DNA from: Polyangiaceae bacterium
Lineage (GTDB): Bacteria; Myxococcota_A; Polyangia; Polyangiales; Polyangiaceae
DNA length: 50,955 nt
Direction: 5' to 3'
NCBI GenBank assembly: GCA_036560665.1
Contig: DATBQU010000343.1
Location: 1 to 50,955, forward strand
Below are positions 28,903 to 38,057 of this stretch, in pieces. Position 1 is the first letter of the stretch; every line of letters begins with the position of its first letter. Both the position numbers and the translations under genes were made by a program. The notes below the pieces were generated by a model that searched no databases, had not been told where the DNA came from, and saw only the letters and a program-made list of their open reading frames with translations.

Positions 28903-30288
28903 TCAGTGGGGCAGGCGCTCGTCGCCGTCGCCCGCGCCCTCGCCATCCCCCCCTTCGCTCGCCGACTCCTCCTTCGCCTCGCCGCGCGGCGCGTCCCTGT
29001 CTCCCGTGATCTCCTGCAGGTCGAAGAGGAAGCGCATCACCGCGGCCAGCTCCGCCGCGTCGTCCCCCTCCGCCGCCCTGGCCTTCAGCTTCGTGGTCGG
29101 CGCGTGGAGCAGCTTGTTCACCGCGCTCTCCATCATCTGCGCCAGCGCCGCCCGGTCCCCCTCGGGCAGGTGCTTCAGGCGGCCCGACAGCGAGCGGTCG
29201 AGCTCCGCCAGGAGCACCGCGCGCGCCCGCGTCCGCATCGCGACCACGGTGGGCTGCACCTCGAGGCCGCGCGTCCAGGCGAGGAACTGCTTCACCTCGT
29301 CGTCCACGATCTTCTCGGCCGCTTCGAGCTCGCCGTGCCGCGCCTTCATGCCGCGCGCGACCTCCTGCTCCAGGTCGTCGACGTTGTAGACGTACACGTT
29401 GTCGATCCCGTGGACCGTCGGCTCGACGTTGCGCGGGACGGCGATGTCGACGAAGAAGAGGGTGCGCCCCTTGCGCGCCTTCATCGCGCGCTTGACCATC
29501 TCGCGCGTCACCACCGGCGTGCGGCTGGCGGTGCTGGCGACCACCACGTCCGCCTGCAGCAGCTCCTGCTCCAGCTCGTCCCACGGCGCGGCGGAGGCGT
29601 GCATCGTGCTCGCCAGCGCCGCCGCCCGCTCGAAGCTGCGGTTGCAGATGCGCAGCGCGCGCGCCCCCTTGCCCAGGCTGCGCGCGGCCGCCTCCGCCAT
29701 CTCCCCCGCGCCGAGCAGGAGCACCACGTGGTTCTCCAGGTCGCCGAAGATGCGGCGCGCCAGGTCCACCGCGACGCTGGAGATGCTGACGCTCCCGGCG
29801 CCGATGGCGGTCTCGGTCCGCACCCGCTTGGCCACGGCGAAGGCGCGGCTCACGCAGCGGCCCAGCATCCCCTTGAGCGTCCCCGCCGCGACCGCCGCGT
29901 CGTGCGCGTCCTTCACCTGGCCGAGGATCTGCGGCTCGCCGAGCACCATCGAGTCGAGGCTCGCCGCCACGCGGAAGACGTGCGTCACCGCCTCGTCGCC
30001 GCGCTTGTCGTAGAGGAACGGCTCGAGCTCCGCGCCCCGGGGCACGCCCCCGTGCCGCGCCAGCTCCTCGCGGATCGCGCCGAGCGCGCCCTCGACGGCG
30101 TCGGGCTCGCCGGCCGCCAGCGCCACCACCTCGACGCGGTTGCACGTCGCCAGGAACATCACCTCGCGCAGCTCGCTCCGCCCCGCGAGCCGGGAGAGCA
30201 CCACCGGCAGCGCGTCGGTCCCGACCGAGAACCGCTCGCGCACCTCGATGGGCGCGGTGCGGTGGGACAGGCCGACCAGGACGATCAC
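28903..30288 (-). CDS. hemA: Glutamyl-tRNA reductase
   Basis: VIVLVGLSHRTAPIEVRE, TCNRVEV (catalytic Cys), SMVLGEPQILGQVK and the NADPH motif LLLGAGEMAE. The GTG start lies in a GTGA overlap with the upstream gene. Confidence 0.92.
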   Translation of the reverse strand: MIVLVGLSHRTAPIEVRERFSVGTDALPVVLSRLAGRSELREVMFLATCNRVEVVALAAGEPDAVEGALGAIREELARHGGVPRGAELEPFLYDKRGDEAVTHVFRVAASLDSMVLGEPQILGQVKDAHDAAVAAGTLKGMLGRCVSRAFAVAKRVRTETAIGAGSVSISSVAVDLARRIFGDLENHVVLLLGAGEMAEAAARSLGKGARALRICNRSFERAAALASTMHASAAPWDELEQELLQADVVVASTASRTPVVTREMVKRAMKARKGRTLFFVDIAVPRNVEPTVHGIDNVYVYNVDDLEQEVARGMKARHGELEAAEKIVDDEVKQFLAWTRGLEVQPTVVAMRTRARAVLLAELDRSLSGRLKHLPEGDRAALAQMMESAVNKLLHAPTTKLKARAAEGDDAAELAAVMRFLFDLQEITGDRDAPRGEAKEESASEGGDGEGAGDGDERLPH

Positions 30289-31142
30289 GGACCGCCCGCG
30301 GCCGACCCGGCCAGCGTGGCGAGGGTGCCCCCCGCCGCCGCGTCGCGAACCAGGTAGAGCAGCATGACCAGCACCGTGAACCCGAAGCCGGCGATGGTCC
30401 CGTAGGCCGCGCGCCGCCCGCGCCACCCGGCCGCGGCGCGCAGGAGCAGCACCATGCCGAAGAGGCCCCACGACACGTAGCCGAAGGCGGCCCGCGCGAT
30501 CTCCGCCGCGCCGCCGGCCTCGACCTCGCGCGCCCAGAGCGTCCCGGTGAGCACGCCGATGGTGAGCAGCGGGAAGCCGGCCACGAGGAAGCGATGCTCG
30601 GCGCGGTCGAGCGCGTCGAGCGGCGGAAGGCGCTGGAAGAGCCCCTCCAGCTTCTTCTGCTTCAGCCGCCGCTCCTGGACGAGGTACGCCACGGCGGCCG
30701 CGAAGGCGAGGGTGAACAAGGCCACGCCGAGCAGGTTGGCGGCGACGTGGAAGGGCAGGACCGCGCTGCGGAACCGCGGCGTGTCGCCCACGCCGACGCC
30801 GACGAAGCGCGACGCCAGGAGGAACGTGAGCGCCAGCGGCGCCACGAACGCGCCGACGACGTCGATGCGGAAGCGGGCCCGGGCCACGACGTAGGCCGCC
30901 GCGGCGAACATCGAGGCGACGCTCATCGCGAAGTGGATCCCGGCCACGGGACAGACGTGCAAGACCAGCGAGGACAGGACGATCTGCGCCGCGTGCAGCG
31001 GGACGCCGAGGGCGACGAGGCGGGGAGCCCACCGCGCCGCCCGCTCGGCGCGCCCCAGCAGGAAGGCGACGAAGAGGACACTGGCGGCCAGGTAGACGGC
31101 CGCCGTGGCGCCGAACAGCAGATCAGCGAGCTCGGGCTTCAC
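30285..31142 (-). CDS. Cytochrome c assembly (CcsA/HemX-like) membrane protein
   Basis: Eight predicted TM helices. The position directly upstream of hemA resembles Bacillus hemX. W-rich region FGYVSWGLFG. Confidence 0.75.
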   Translation of the reverse strand: MKPELADLLFGATAAVYLAASVLFVAFLLGRAERAARWAPRLVALGVPLHAAQIVLSSLVLHVCPVAGIHFAMSVASMFAAAAYVVARARFRIDVVGAFVAPLALTFLLASRFVGVGVGDTPRFRSAVLPFHVAANLLGVALFTLAFAAAVAYLVQERRLKQKKLEGLFQRLPPLDALDRAEHRFLVAGFPLLTIGVLTGTLWAREVEAGGAAEIARAAFGYVSWGLFGMVLLLRAAAGWRGRRAAYGTIAGFGFTVLVMLLYLVRDAAAGGTLATLAGSAAGGP

Positions 31143-31342
31143 GTAGAGGCGATCCTGCTACGTCGGCGCATTCTTCGCCAGCTCGTGCGCCCCGGCGGGG
31201 TGGATCGCCGGATCCGGGCGCACCGGAACAGGCCGCGTCCAGGGCAGGGAGGGCCCGCCCCGGCGAAAGCGCCGCAACCCCGCGAAAGCCGTGGACGAGC
31301 CGCGCGGGCCCGGTGTTCGCTAAGGAGCGGGTGACCCCGACC

Positions 31343-31879
31343 ATGCGCGTCCTTCCCGTCATCGCCACCCTGTCCCTGGCTGCCCTGGCCCTCGCCGCCG
31401 TCGGTGCCCTCGGTGGATGTGGGTCCGGCAGCACCGGCGGCACGCTGCCCTCGAACGGGGACGACGGCGGCAACCCGGGCCAGCTCCCGGGCGGCAACGA
31501 CAACTTCCCGCCCACCGGCAACAGCTACGTCGACGCCAGGCGCTGCCCGGCCTGCCACCAGACGCAGAACCCGCAGACCGACGGCTTCATGTCGGGCACA
31601 GTCGACCCCATCGCGGGCTCGTTCGGCCAGGGCGTGAAGCTCTACGGTCCGAACCTCACGCCCGACCCCACCACAGGCATCGGCAACTGGGACGACCAGC
31701 AGATCACCAACGCCATCATGAACGGCATCGACGCGCAGGGCGAGCGCCTCTGCCCGCAGATGCAGCATTTCCCGGACATGCAGCCCGACGAGCTGAGCTC
31801 GATCCTCGGCTACCTGCACTCGCTGACGCCGGTCGTGCACCAGTCGGCCACGAGCTCGTGCCCACCCCTGAAGCCCTAG
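31343..31879 (+). CDS. c-type cytochrome lipoprotein
   Basis: Signal peptide with lipobox MRVLPVIATLSLAALALAAVGALGGC. Single heme motif CPACH. Distal Met candidates lie in CPQMQHFPDM. The ORF opens at 31313, and AAGGAG is at 31322-31327. Confidence 0.8.
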   Translation: MRVLPVIATLSLAALALAAVGALGGCGSGSTGGTLPSNGDDGGNPGQLPGGNDNFPPTGNSYVDARRCPACHQTQNPQTDGFMSGTVDPIAGSFGQGVKLYGPNLTPDPTTGIGNWDDQQITNAIMNGIDAQGERLCPQMQHFPDMQPDELSSILGYLHSLTPVVHQSATSSCPPLKP

Positions 31880-31881
31880 CC

Positions 31882-32295
31882 TCAGAGGTGCTTCGACAGG
31901 AACGACGCCAGCAGGTCCTCGTCGGTGGTGGGCTCCGGACCGAAGGCGTCGGCGCGCGCCTCCTTGCGCGCCGCGGAGCCGACGTGCTCGGCGAAGGTGC
32001 CGACCGGCACGCCCACCCATCCCGGCTCGACGTCGTACGCGCACTCGCCGAGGAGCATCGAGCCCTCGACCAGCTCCGCCCCCATCTGCTCGAGGAACGC
32101 GCGCGTCTTGGCGCGGCCGACGAGGTCGTGCGTGTCCCCGACGCCGCTCACCTCGCGCAGCACGCGGACCGCCTCGGCGAGCCTGTACCGCCGCCCCTCG
32201 CCGAGGATCTCGAGGATCCCGTCGTCGAGCTCGACCGCCCCGTTCCCGAGCCACTGGTCGAGGAGCGCCTGCGGGAAGAAGACGCGGTTTTCCAT
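31882..32295 (-). CDS. Hypothetical protein (137 aa)
   Basis: ATG 32295 with high GC3. No recognisable motif. The longer ORF reaching 32916 is Ser/Arg/Ala-rich junk upstream of this ATG. Confidence 0.55.
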   Translation of the reverse strand: MENRVFFPQALLDQWLGNGAVELDDGILEILGEGRRYRLAEAVRVLREVSGVGDTHDLVGRAKTRAFLEQMGAELVEGSMLLGECAYDVEPGWVGVPVGTFAEHVGSAARKEARADAFGPEPTTDEDLLASFLSKHL

Positions 32296-32353
32296 GCGCT
32301 TGCCGGAAGAGCAAGGTACACCAGCTGACGCTGGCGCGGGTGAGTGAGCAGCG

Positions 32354-33034
32354 ATGGGAGTCCTCGAGACGTTGACGCGCATCGTGCAGCTCGGCGGCGT
32401 GGCGGCGCGCGCGCCGCGGGTGGCCGGGATGCGCGCCGACTTCGAGGCGCGGACCGGCGCGTTCTCGCCGGAGGACCCCTGGTTCGAGGAGCGCAGCCGC
32501 GCCTTCTGGTGCGACGCGGTGACCGCCGGGCGCTTCGGGCGCGAGGTGGCGGCGGAGCTGACCGACGACGAGCGCGCCTGGCTCGCCCCCCTCGAGCGCG
32601 CGCACCGGGGGCTCTTCCGTGCGGCCGGCGCCGCGTCGGACGAGGGCGACGTGCTGGTGGACGTGTGGAGCGGGGCCGAGCTGGCGGTAAGCCTGCTCGA
32701 CGAGGCGTCGCGCGCGGAGCTCGACGCGGGAGCGGGACAGCTCTTCGACGCGCGCGTGGTCGGGTGCGACGAGCCCTTCGTCGTGGCCCTGCTGCCCGGC
32801 GCGGTGTTCCACCCGCGCGACGCCACCGCCGCCATCGAGCCCGTCCTCGCGGCCGCGCGCGCGCGCCGTCTGCCCACCGGCGACACGCTCGACGCGCTGC
32901 TGCGGATGCAGCGCACGCTGCGCTCGCTCTCGCGCGTGAAGGCCGCCTACGCCTACCGCCCGGACGCCCTCTCGCCCCAGGCGCCGGCGGTGCCGCACGT
33001 CCCGGTGCGCCGTGCGGCGAAACCGCCTACATAG
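32354..33034 (+). CDS. Hypothetical protein (226 aa)
   Basis: ATG start, high GC3 and a balanced composition. No recognisable motif. Confidence 0.6.
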   Translation: MGVLETLTRIVQLGGVAARAPRVAGMRADFEARTGAFSPEDPWFEERSRAFWCDAVTAGRFGREVAAELTDDERAWLAPLERAHRGLFRAAGAASDEGDVLVDVWSGAELAVSLLDEASRAELDAGAGQLFDARVVGCDEPFVVALLPGAVFHPRDATAAIEPVLAAARARRLPTGDTLDALLRMQRTLRSLSRVKAAYAYRPDALSPQAPAVPHVPVRRAAKPPT

Positions 33035-33040
33035 AGCGCG

Positions 33041-33781
33041 ATGCCCCCGCCGCCCCACTTCGACGCGCGACTCGCGGCGGCCCGGGTGCTCTCGCCCAAC
33101 GTGCGCGAGCTCACCTTCGAGCGCGTCGACGGGGCGCCGATGGCGTTCGAGCCCGGACAGTGGGTCAACGTCGTGCTCCCCGTCGCCATCGCGTCCGGCA
33201 GCGACACCCGGCGAAGCTACTCGATCGCCTCGGCGCCCGACGGGTCGCCGAGGTTCGACATCGCCATCACGCGCGTGCAGGGAGGGCCGTGCTCGACGTG
33301 GCTGCACCAGGTCGAGACGGGCGCCGTGCTGACCTTCAGCGGCCCCCAGGGCTTCTTCACGCGCCCCGCCGCCGACCCGCCGCCCTCGCTGATGATCGCC
33401 ACCGGGACCGGCGTCACGCCCATGCGCAGCATGCTCCTCGCCTCCGCCGCCGCGGGCGCCCGCGCACCGACCTGGCTGCTGCTCGGCGTGCGCCACGAGG
33501 CCGACCTGCTCTACCGGGCCGAGCTCGAGGCGCTCGCCGCGGCGCACCCGTTCCTGCGCTTCGAGCCCACGCTCTCGCAGCCGCTGGGCCCCTGGACGGG
33601 ACGCCGCGGCTACGTGCAGACGCACGTGCGCGAGCTCTGGGACGGTCTGGCGGCGCTCGGCGCGGGCACTCCCCACGCGTACGTGTGCGGCCTGGAGCGC
33701 ATGATCAGCTCGGTGCGCGATCTGCTGCGCAAGGACATGGGCCTGCCGCGCCAGCAGGTGCACAGCGAGCGGTACGACTGA
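33041..33781 (+). CDS. Ferredoxin-NADP reductase-type FAD/NAD(P)-binding oxidoreductase
   Basis: FAD motif RRSYSIAS, then GPQGFF, NAD(P) motif MIATGTGVTPMRSML and AYVCG. Confidence 0.85.
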   Translation: MPPPPHFDARLAAARVLSPNVRELTFERVDGAPMAFEPGQWVNVVLPVAIASGSDTRRSYSIASAPDGSPRFDIAITRVQGGPCSTWLHQVETGAVLTFSGPQGFFTRPAADPPPSLMIATGTGVTPMRSMLLASAAAGARAPTWLLLGVRHEADLLYRAELEALAAAHPFLRFEPTLSQPLGPWTGRRGYVQTHVRELWDGLAALGAGTPHAYVCGLERMISSVRDLLRKDMGLPRQQVHSERYD

Positions 33782-33827
33782 CGCGCTGCGCTCGAAGCGG
33801 CCAAAAAGCAGGAAAGTGAGGGGCCCT

Positions 33828-33852
33828 GCCGCGGTGCGCCTTGTACCGCGGC
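33828..33852 (+). terminator. Possible terminator hairpin after the oxidoreductase gene
   Basis: GCCGCGGT-(9 nt)-ACCGCGGC followed by ATGCTCCTTCTATCAT, which is only a weak U-tract. Confidence 0.3.
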
Positions 33853-33880
33853 ATGCTCCTTCTATCATCGGTAGCAAGGC

Positions 33881-34807
33881 ATGAAGCGGGCTCCACTGCT
33901 CGCCGCGGCGATCGGGGTGGGTACCCTGGCGACGCCACCGGCGCACGGCGCAGACGCCAAGAGCGACTGCATCGCGGCGGCCGACCAGGGTCAATCGCTG
34001 CGCGACGACGGCAAGTACCGCGGCGCGCGCGACGCGTTCACGAGCTGCGCACGGGACGTCTGCCCCAGGCTGGTCCAGCGCTCGTGCATCGAGTGGCTCG
34101 GCCAGCTCGAGGACGCGATGCCCACCGTGGTGCTGGGGGCCAAGGACGAGAGCGGGTCCGACCTGGCGCGCGCGCACGTGACCGTCGACGGCGAGCCGCT
34201 GACCGAGGTCCTCGACGGCAAGCCCCTGCCCCTCGATCCCGGCCAGCACGTGCTGAGCTTCGAGCGCGGCGGCAGCGGAGCCGCGTCGACGAGGGTGGTG
34301 CTGCGCGCGGGCGAGAAGAACCGCGCCGTGACCGTCACCCTCCGCACGTCCCCGGACGCGGCGATCGCCTCGCCGTCCCCGTCGGCCGAGCCCGCGCCGG
34401 ACCAGACGCCGCACGCTTCGTTCTTCACCGCCGGGCACGTCACCGCGCTGTCGCTCCTCGTCGCCGGCGGCGCGGCGATCGGCGTCGGCGCCTACTTCCT
34501 CGGGCAGGCCGGCGGCGACGCCGACACGGCCAGCGGCATCCGCGGCACCATCCCGCCCGACGCCTGCACGCGCGATGCGTCGAGCGCGCCTTGCCAGAGC
34601 CTGAGCGCGGCCGTCGACGCGCACTACCGCGACGAGACGCTGGCGGCGGTGATGCTGGTGGGAGGCGGCGTGCTCGTCGTGGGCGCGGCCGTGGCGTGGC
34701 TGGCCTGGCCGAAGGCGGCCGACGAACGCCCGGCAACCGGCGTCCGCTGGGTCGCGCCGGGCGTCGCGCAGGGGGGGCCCTCGCTCATCGTCGGAGGCGC
34801 GTTCTGA
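33881..34807 (+). CDS. Secreted, C-terminally membrane-anchored hypothetical protein (Cys-containing N-domain plus PEGA-like beta domain)
   Basis: Signal peptide MKRAPLLAAAIGVGTLATPPAHGA. Four Cys lie in the first 60 mature residues. Beta-domain segment VTVDGEPL...GQHVLSFER. Two TM helices near the C-terminus. Confidence 0.75.
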   Translation: MKRAPLLAAAIGVGTLATPPAHGADAKSDCIAAADQGQSLRDDGKYRGARDAFTSCARDVCPRLVQRSCIEWLGQLEDAMPTVVLGAKDESGSDLARAHVTVDGEPLTEVLDGKPLPLDPGQHVLSFERGGSGAASTRVVLRAGEKNRAVTVTLRTSPDAAIASPSPSAEPAPDQTPHASFFTAGHVTALSLLVAGGAAIGVGAYFLGQAGGDADTASGIRGTIPPDACTRDASSAPCQSLSAAVDAHYRDETLAAVMLVGGGVLVVGAAVAWLAWPKAADERPATGVRWVAPGVAQGGPSLIVGGAF

Positions 34808-35979
34808 TGCGCGCTCACCTCGCGGCGCTGGGTGGAACGCTCTTGCTCCTGTCGGGCGCGGCCTGCAGCCCGAACGGCGACTGCACCGAGAAGGCCACGT
34901 GCCCGGACACCGCCGACGGAGCGACGGGCGACGACACCGGGCTGGCGGTCGACGCCAGCGCAGCCGAGGGCGGCGCGGACGCCACGAGGGGCGACGACTC
35001 CAGCGTCGACGCGAGCGATGCCGGCGACGCGAGCGACGCCCACTCCGTGTCGGACGTCGTCTTCGTCGACTCCGCGACGTGCCCGACCGGCTCGACCTGC
35101 ATCGACCCGGTGCCGGCCGGCTGGATCGGGCCGCTCGCGCTCTTCGACCAGACCGGCGGGCCGCCGCCGCCCACGCCGCCGGCGTGCCCGAGCGCGTTCG
35201 GCACCGACGCGTACGACGGAAACGCGAGCCCGACCTCGCCCCTGGCCGTCTGCGGGTGCACGTGTGCCGTGACCAGCACCTCGTGCAACGGGACGAGCGC
35301 GCCCTCCATCTCCATCTACTCGGACGCGAGCTGCATGTTCAATCCGACCTGCGGGACCGCCACGCTGCCGTACACCTCGCCGAACCCCTTCTGCGTCGGG
35401 ACGGGATGCACCGGCGGTCAGGGCGCCCGGGCGACCGAGCAGCCGGGCACCGGCTCGTGCGCGGCGACCCCCTCGACGTCCAAGCCGCCGTGGGGCTGGA
35501 CCGAGACGGCACGCGCCTGCCAGCCGTCGTCCGTGGGTGGCGGCTGCAGCGGCGCGCAGGTCTGCGTGCCGGTCCCGCCGTCGCCGTTCCTGGCGAAGCT
35601 CTGCGTCATGCAGACGGGGGACCTGCCCTGCCCCAGCGGCAGCTCGTACTCGCTGAAGCACTCCTTCTTCGGCAGCGTGAACGACGGGCGCAGCTGCACC
35701 CCCGCCTGCGCGTGCGGATCGGTGACCGGCGTGACCTGCTCGGGCGGGACGGTGGCCGTCTACTCGATGTACAGCGGCTCGACCTGCGGCGGCAGCATGC
35801 AGGACATCCCCATCGACGGGGCGTGCCACGCCCTCTCGCCGCTCGTCCCCGGCAACGTCTTCGCCCAGGCCAACTCCCCCTCGACGGCCTCGGGAGGCAC
35901 GTGCACGGTGACGGCCAACGGCCAGCCCCAGGGCTCCGTCGTGGCCGCGAGCCCCACCACGGTCTGTTGCCAGCCGTGA
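34807..35979 (+). CDS. Cys-rich lipoprotein (about 29 Cys) with an internal duplication
   Basis: One-nt TGATG overlap with the upstream gene. Lipobox LLLLSGAAC, then an acidic linker. Repeated modules are CGCTCAVTSTSCNGTSAPSISIYSDASC and CACGSVTGVTCSGGTVAVYSMYSGSTC. Confidence 0.75.
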   Translation: MRAHLAALGGTLLLLSGAACSPNGDCTEKATCPDTADGATGDDTGLAVDASAAEGGADATRGDDSSVDASDAGDASDAHSVSDVVFVDSATCPTGSTCIDPVPAGWIGPLALFDQTGGPPPPTPPACPSAFGTDAYDGNASPTSPLAVCGCTCAVTSTSCNGTSAPSISIYSDASCMFNPTCGTATLPYTSPNPFCVGTGCTGGQGARATEQPGTGSCAATPSTSKPPWGWTETARACQPSSVGGGCSGAQVCVPVPPSPFLAKLCVMQTGDLPCPSGSSYSLKHSFFGSVNDGRSCTPACACGSVTGVTCSGGTVAVYSMYSGSTCGGSMQDIPIDGACHALSPLVPGNVFAQANSPSTASGGTCTVTANGQPQGSVVAASPTTVCCQP

Positions 35980-35983
35980 CGCG

Positions 35984-36667
35984 TCAGCGCCTGCCGCGCG
36001 GATCCTTGCAGCAGCGGAAGCCCGTCTCGTAGTACCGGAACTCGGGCCCGTGGGCGTTGTTGGTAGAGTGGCAGGTGGGCTTGCCGCCGCCGTAGCAGCC
36101 GGACCAGTAGCAGCCGACGAGCAGGTACGGGTAGTCGTTGGCGTGCTCGCGCGTGCGGACCACCCACTCCTCGAGGTTGCCGGTGAGGTCGTTCACGCCG
36201 TCCTGCGAGACGCACTTGCGCTTCGAGCCGCTGCGCGACGCCTGGTAGAGGTCCTTGGCGTGGGCCTGCGCCTCCGGGGCCGGCCACCTGGCGAGGGTGG
36301 CCTCGTCCACCTGCTTCCACGGCTTGTCGTCGTTGCAGCGCTCGTCGACGTGCTCGGCGCCGTACGGATACGCGCGGTGCTCCTCGCCCTCGCACGCGCC
36401 GATCCACTCGTCCTCCGTGCACAGGCGCTTGTGGTGCGCCTCGCACCACGCATCGGCGTCGGTGGCCGACTGCATCGCCAGCGGGCGGGCGCCCCGCCGG
36501 TTGGGCGCCTCGTAGCGGTCCATGCAGAAGTCGCGCACCCGGACCATCCCCGACGGGCAGCCCGTACGGCGGCGCCGCACCCTGGCCCCGGCGTCCTGCC
36601 CGGCGGAGGACAGGACGACCAGCGCGGTCACGGCGAGCAGCGGCGACAGCAGGCGAACCGGGCGCAC
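35984..36667 (-). CDS. Formylglycine-generating enzyme (FGE/SUMF1) family domain protein, secreted
   Basis: Signal peptide present. CPSGMVRVRDFCMDRYEAP, KRLCTEDEWIGACEG, YPYG, DLTGNLEEWV and GFRCC. Confidence 0.8.
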   Translation of the reverse strand: MRPVRLLSPLLAVTALVVLSSAGQDAGARVRRRRTGCPSGMVRVRDFCMDRYEAPNRRGARPLAMQSATDADAWCEAHHKRLCTEDEWIGACEGEEHRAYPYGAEHVDERCNDDKPWKQVDEATLARWPAPEAQAHAKDLYQASRSGSKRKCVSQDGVNDLTGNLEEWVVRTREHANDYPYLLVGCYWSGCYGGGKPTCHSTNNAHGPEFRYYETGFRCCKDPRGRR

Positions 36668-36680
36668 GACGCGCCCAGCT

Positions 36681-38057
36681 TTAGTAGCCCTTTCGCGCCA
36701 CCGCCAGGTCGAGCTGCTCGATCTCGCTCTTCGACACGGTGACGACGCAGGTGGCGCTGTCCTTCTTCAGCGCGACCACGCGCAGCTCGCCGACCACCTC
36801 GTCGGGGTAGTTCTGCGCATCCTGGCGCGAGCCGGGGGTGTCCTCCAGCGCCGGCAGCGGCTTCTCGGCGTCGGGCGACACGCGCCGGCCCGCGGCGCCG
36901 GTCACCAGGCTGCGCCGCCACGCGTCGCCGCGCCGCAGGATGAACAGGCGGTTGCCGACCTTGAGCCCCGCCTCCTCGCCCTTGTCGATGAAGACGACCT
37001 GGTTCTGCCCGTAGAACACGTTGGGGTGGATGCTCGCCACCACGTGCGCCTGCACCTCGACGTCGTTGCGCTTGGGCGGCACGATCTCGAAGCGGCGCGC
37101 CAGCGGCCCGATCCTCGCGCCGCGCTCGATCACGTTGAGCGACTCGACGATCTGCGCGCGGGCCACGCGGTCCTGCGCGTTCCACTGGTCGATGCGCGCC
37201 GTGCCGTTGATCTGCACGATGGTCCCCGCCGCGGAGACCTTGATGGGCAGGAAGATGGTCAGCTCCTGGCCCAGGTGGACGTCGTGCCCCTTGTCGATGT
37301 GCAGGTAGATCTCGTCGAAGTCGGACAGGAACATCTTGTCTTCGGCCGAGCCGGTGATGTCGCCCCACACCTCGTCGTTGGGGTCGCGGATCCACCCCTG
37401 GTCGCGCAGGAAGACGGTGCCGTTCGGCACCTGACGCCGCCGGTCGACGAGGTTCATCCCCTGGTAGGGCAGCGGCACCTGCGAGACGGGCGGGCCGGCG
37501 CTGCCGCCGCCGCCGCTGCCGCCGCCGTCCTTCAGGCGCACCTCGTCGCCCGGGTAGATCCAGTTGGGGTTCCTGATCTGGGGGTTGTACGACCAGACGC
37601 GCGGCCACTGGTACGGGTTCTGGAAGTAGTACCCGGAGATCCCCCAGAGGGTGTCGCCCCGGCGGACCACGTGCGAGTACGGCGTCTCGCCGCCGTAGGT
37701 GGGGCCGCCGATGAAGATGGGGCCGGTCTCGTCGCCGTGCACCGAGCCGCCCGCTCCGCCCTGGTGGCCGAGGTCGAACGAGTCCTCCGCGTCGCCCGTC
37801 ACCGGGTGCGCGCTCGACTCGGTGGCGTTGCCGCCGCCGATGGTGCCGTTGGGCGACTGCGGGTTGCCGTAGCTGATGCCCGACGGCGGCGGGGCGTAGG
37901 TCATCGAGCCGGGGCCCGGGGGCTGGGCGGGCCCGGTGGGCACCGTGGCCGGCCCCGGCGGAGTGGCCGGCGTGGTCTGCGCGAGCGCGATGGCGGGCGC
38001 GAGCGCGGCGACGAGCACGAAGGGCGCGGCAGCGACGGTCCGGAACGAGCACGTCAT
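36681..38057 (-). CDS. LysM domain-containing periplasmic protein
   Basis: Signal peptide FVLVAALAPAIALAQ and LysM domain YSHVVRRGDTLWGISGYYFQNPYQWPRVWSYNPQIRNPNWIYPGDEVRL. ATGA overlap with the upstream gene. Confidence 0.85.
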   Translation of the reverse strand: MTCSFRTVAAAPFVLVAALAPAIALAQTTPATPPGPATVPTGPAQPPGPGSMTYAPPPSGISYGNPQSPNGTIGGGNATESSAHPVTGDAEDSFDLGHQGGAGGSVHGDETGPIFIGGPTYGGETPYSHVVRRGDTLWGISGYYFQNPYQWPRVWSYNPQIRNPNWIYPGDEVRLKDGGGSGGGGSAGPPVSQVPLPYQGMNLVDRRRQVPNGTVFLRDQGWIRDPNDEVWGDITGSAEDKMFLSDFDEIYLHIDKGHDVHLGQELTIFLPIKVSAAGTIVQINGTARIDQWNAQDRVARAQIVESLNVIERGARIGPLARRFEIVPPKRNDVEVQAHVVASIHPNVFYGQNQVVFIDKGEEAGLKVGNRLFILRRGDAWRRSLVTGAAGRRVSPDAEKPLPALEDTPGSRQDAQNYPDEVVGELRVVALKKDSATCVVTVSKSEIEQLDLAVARKGY

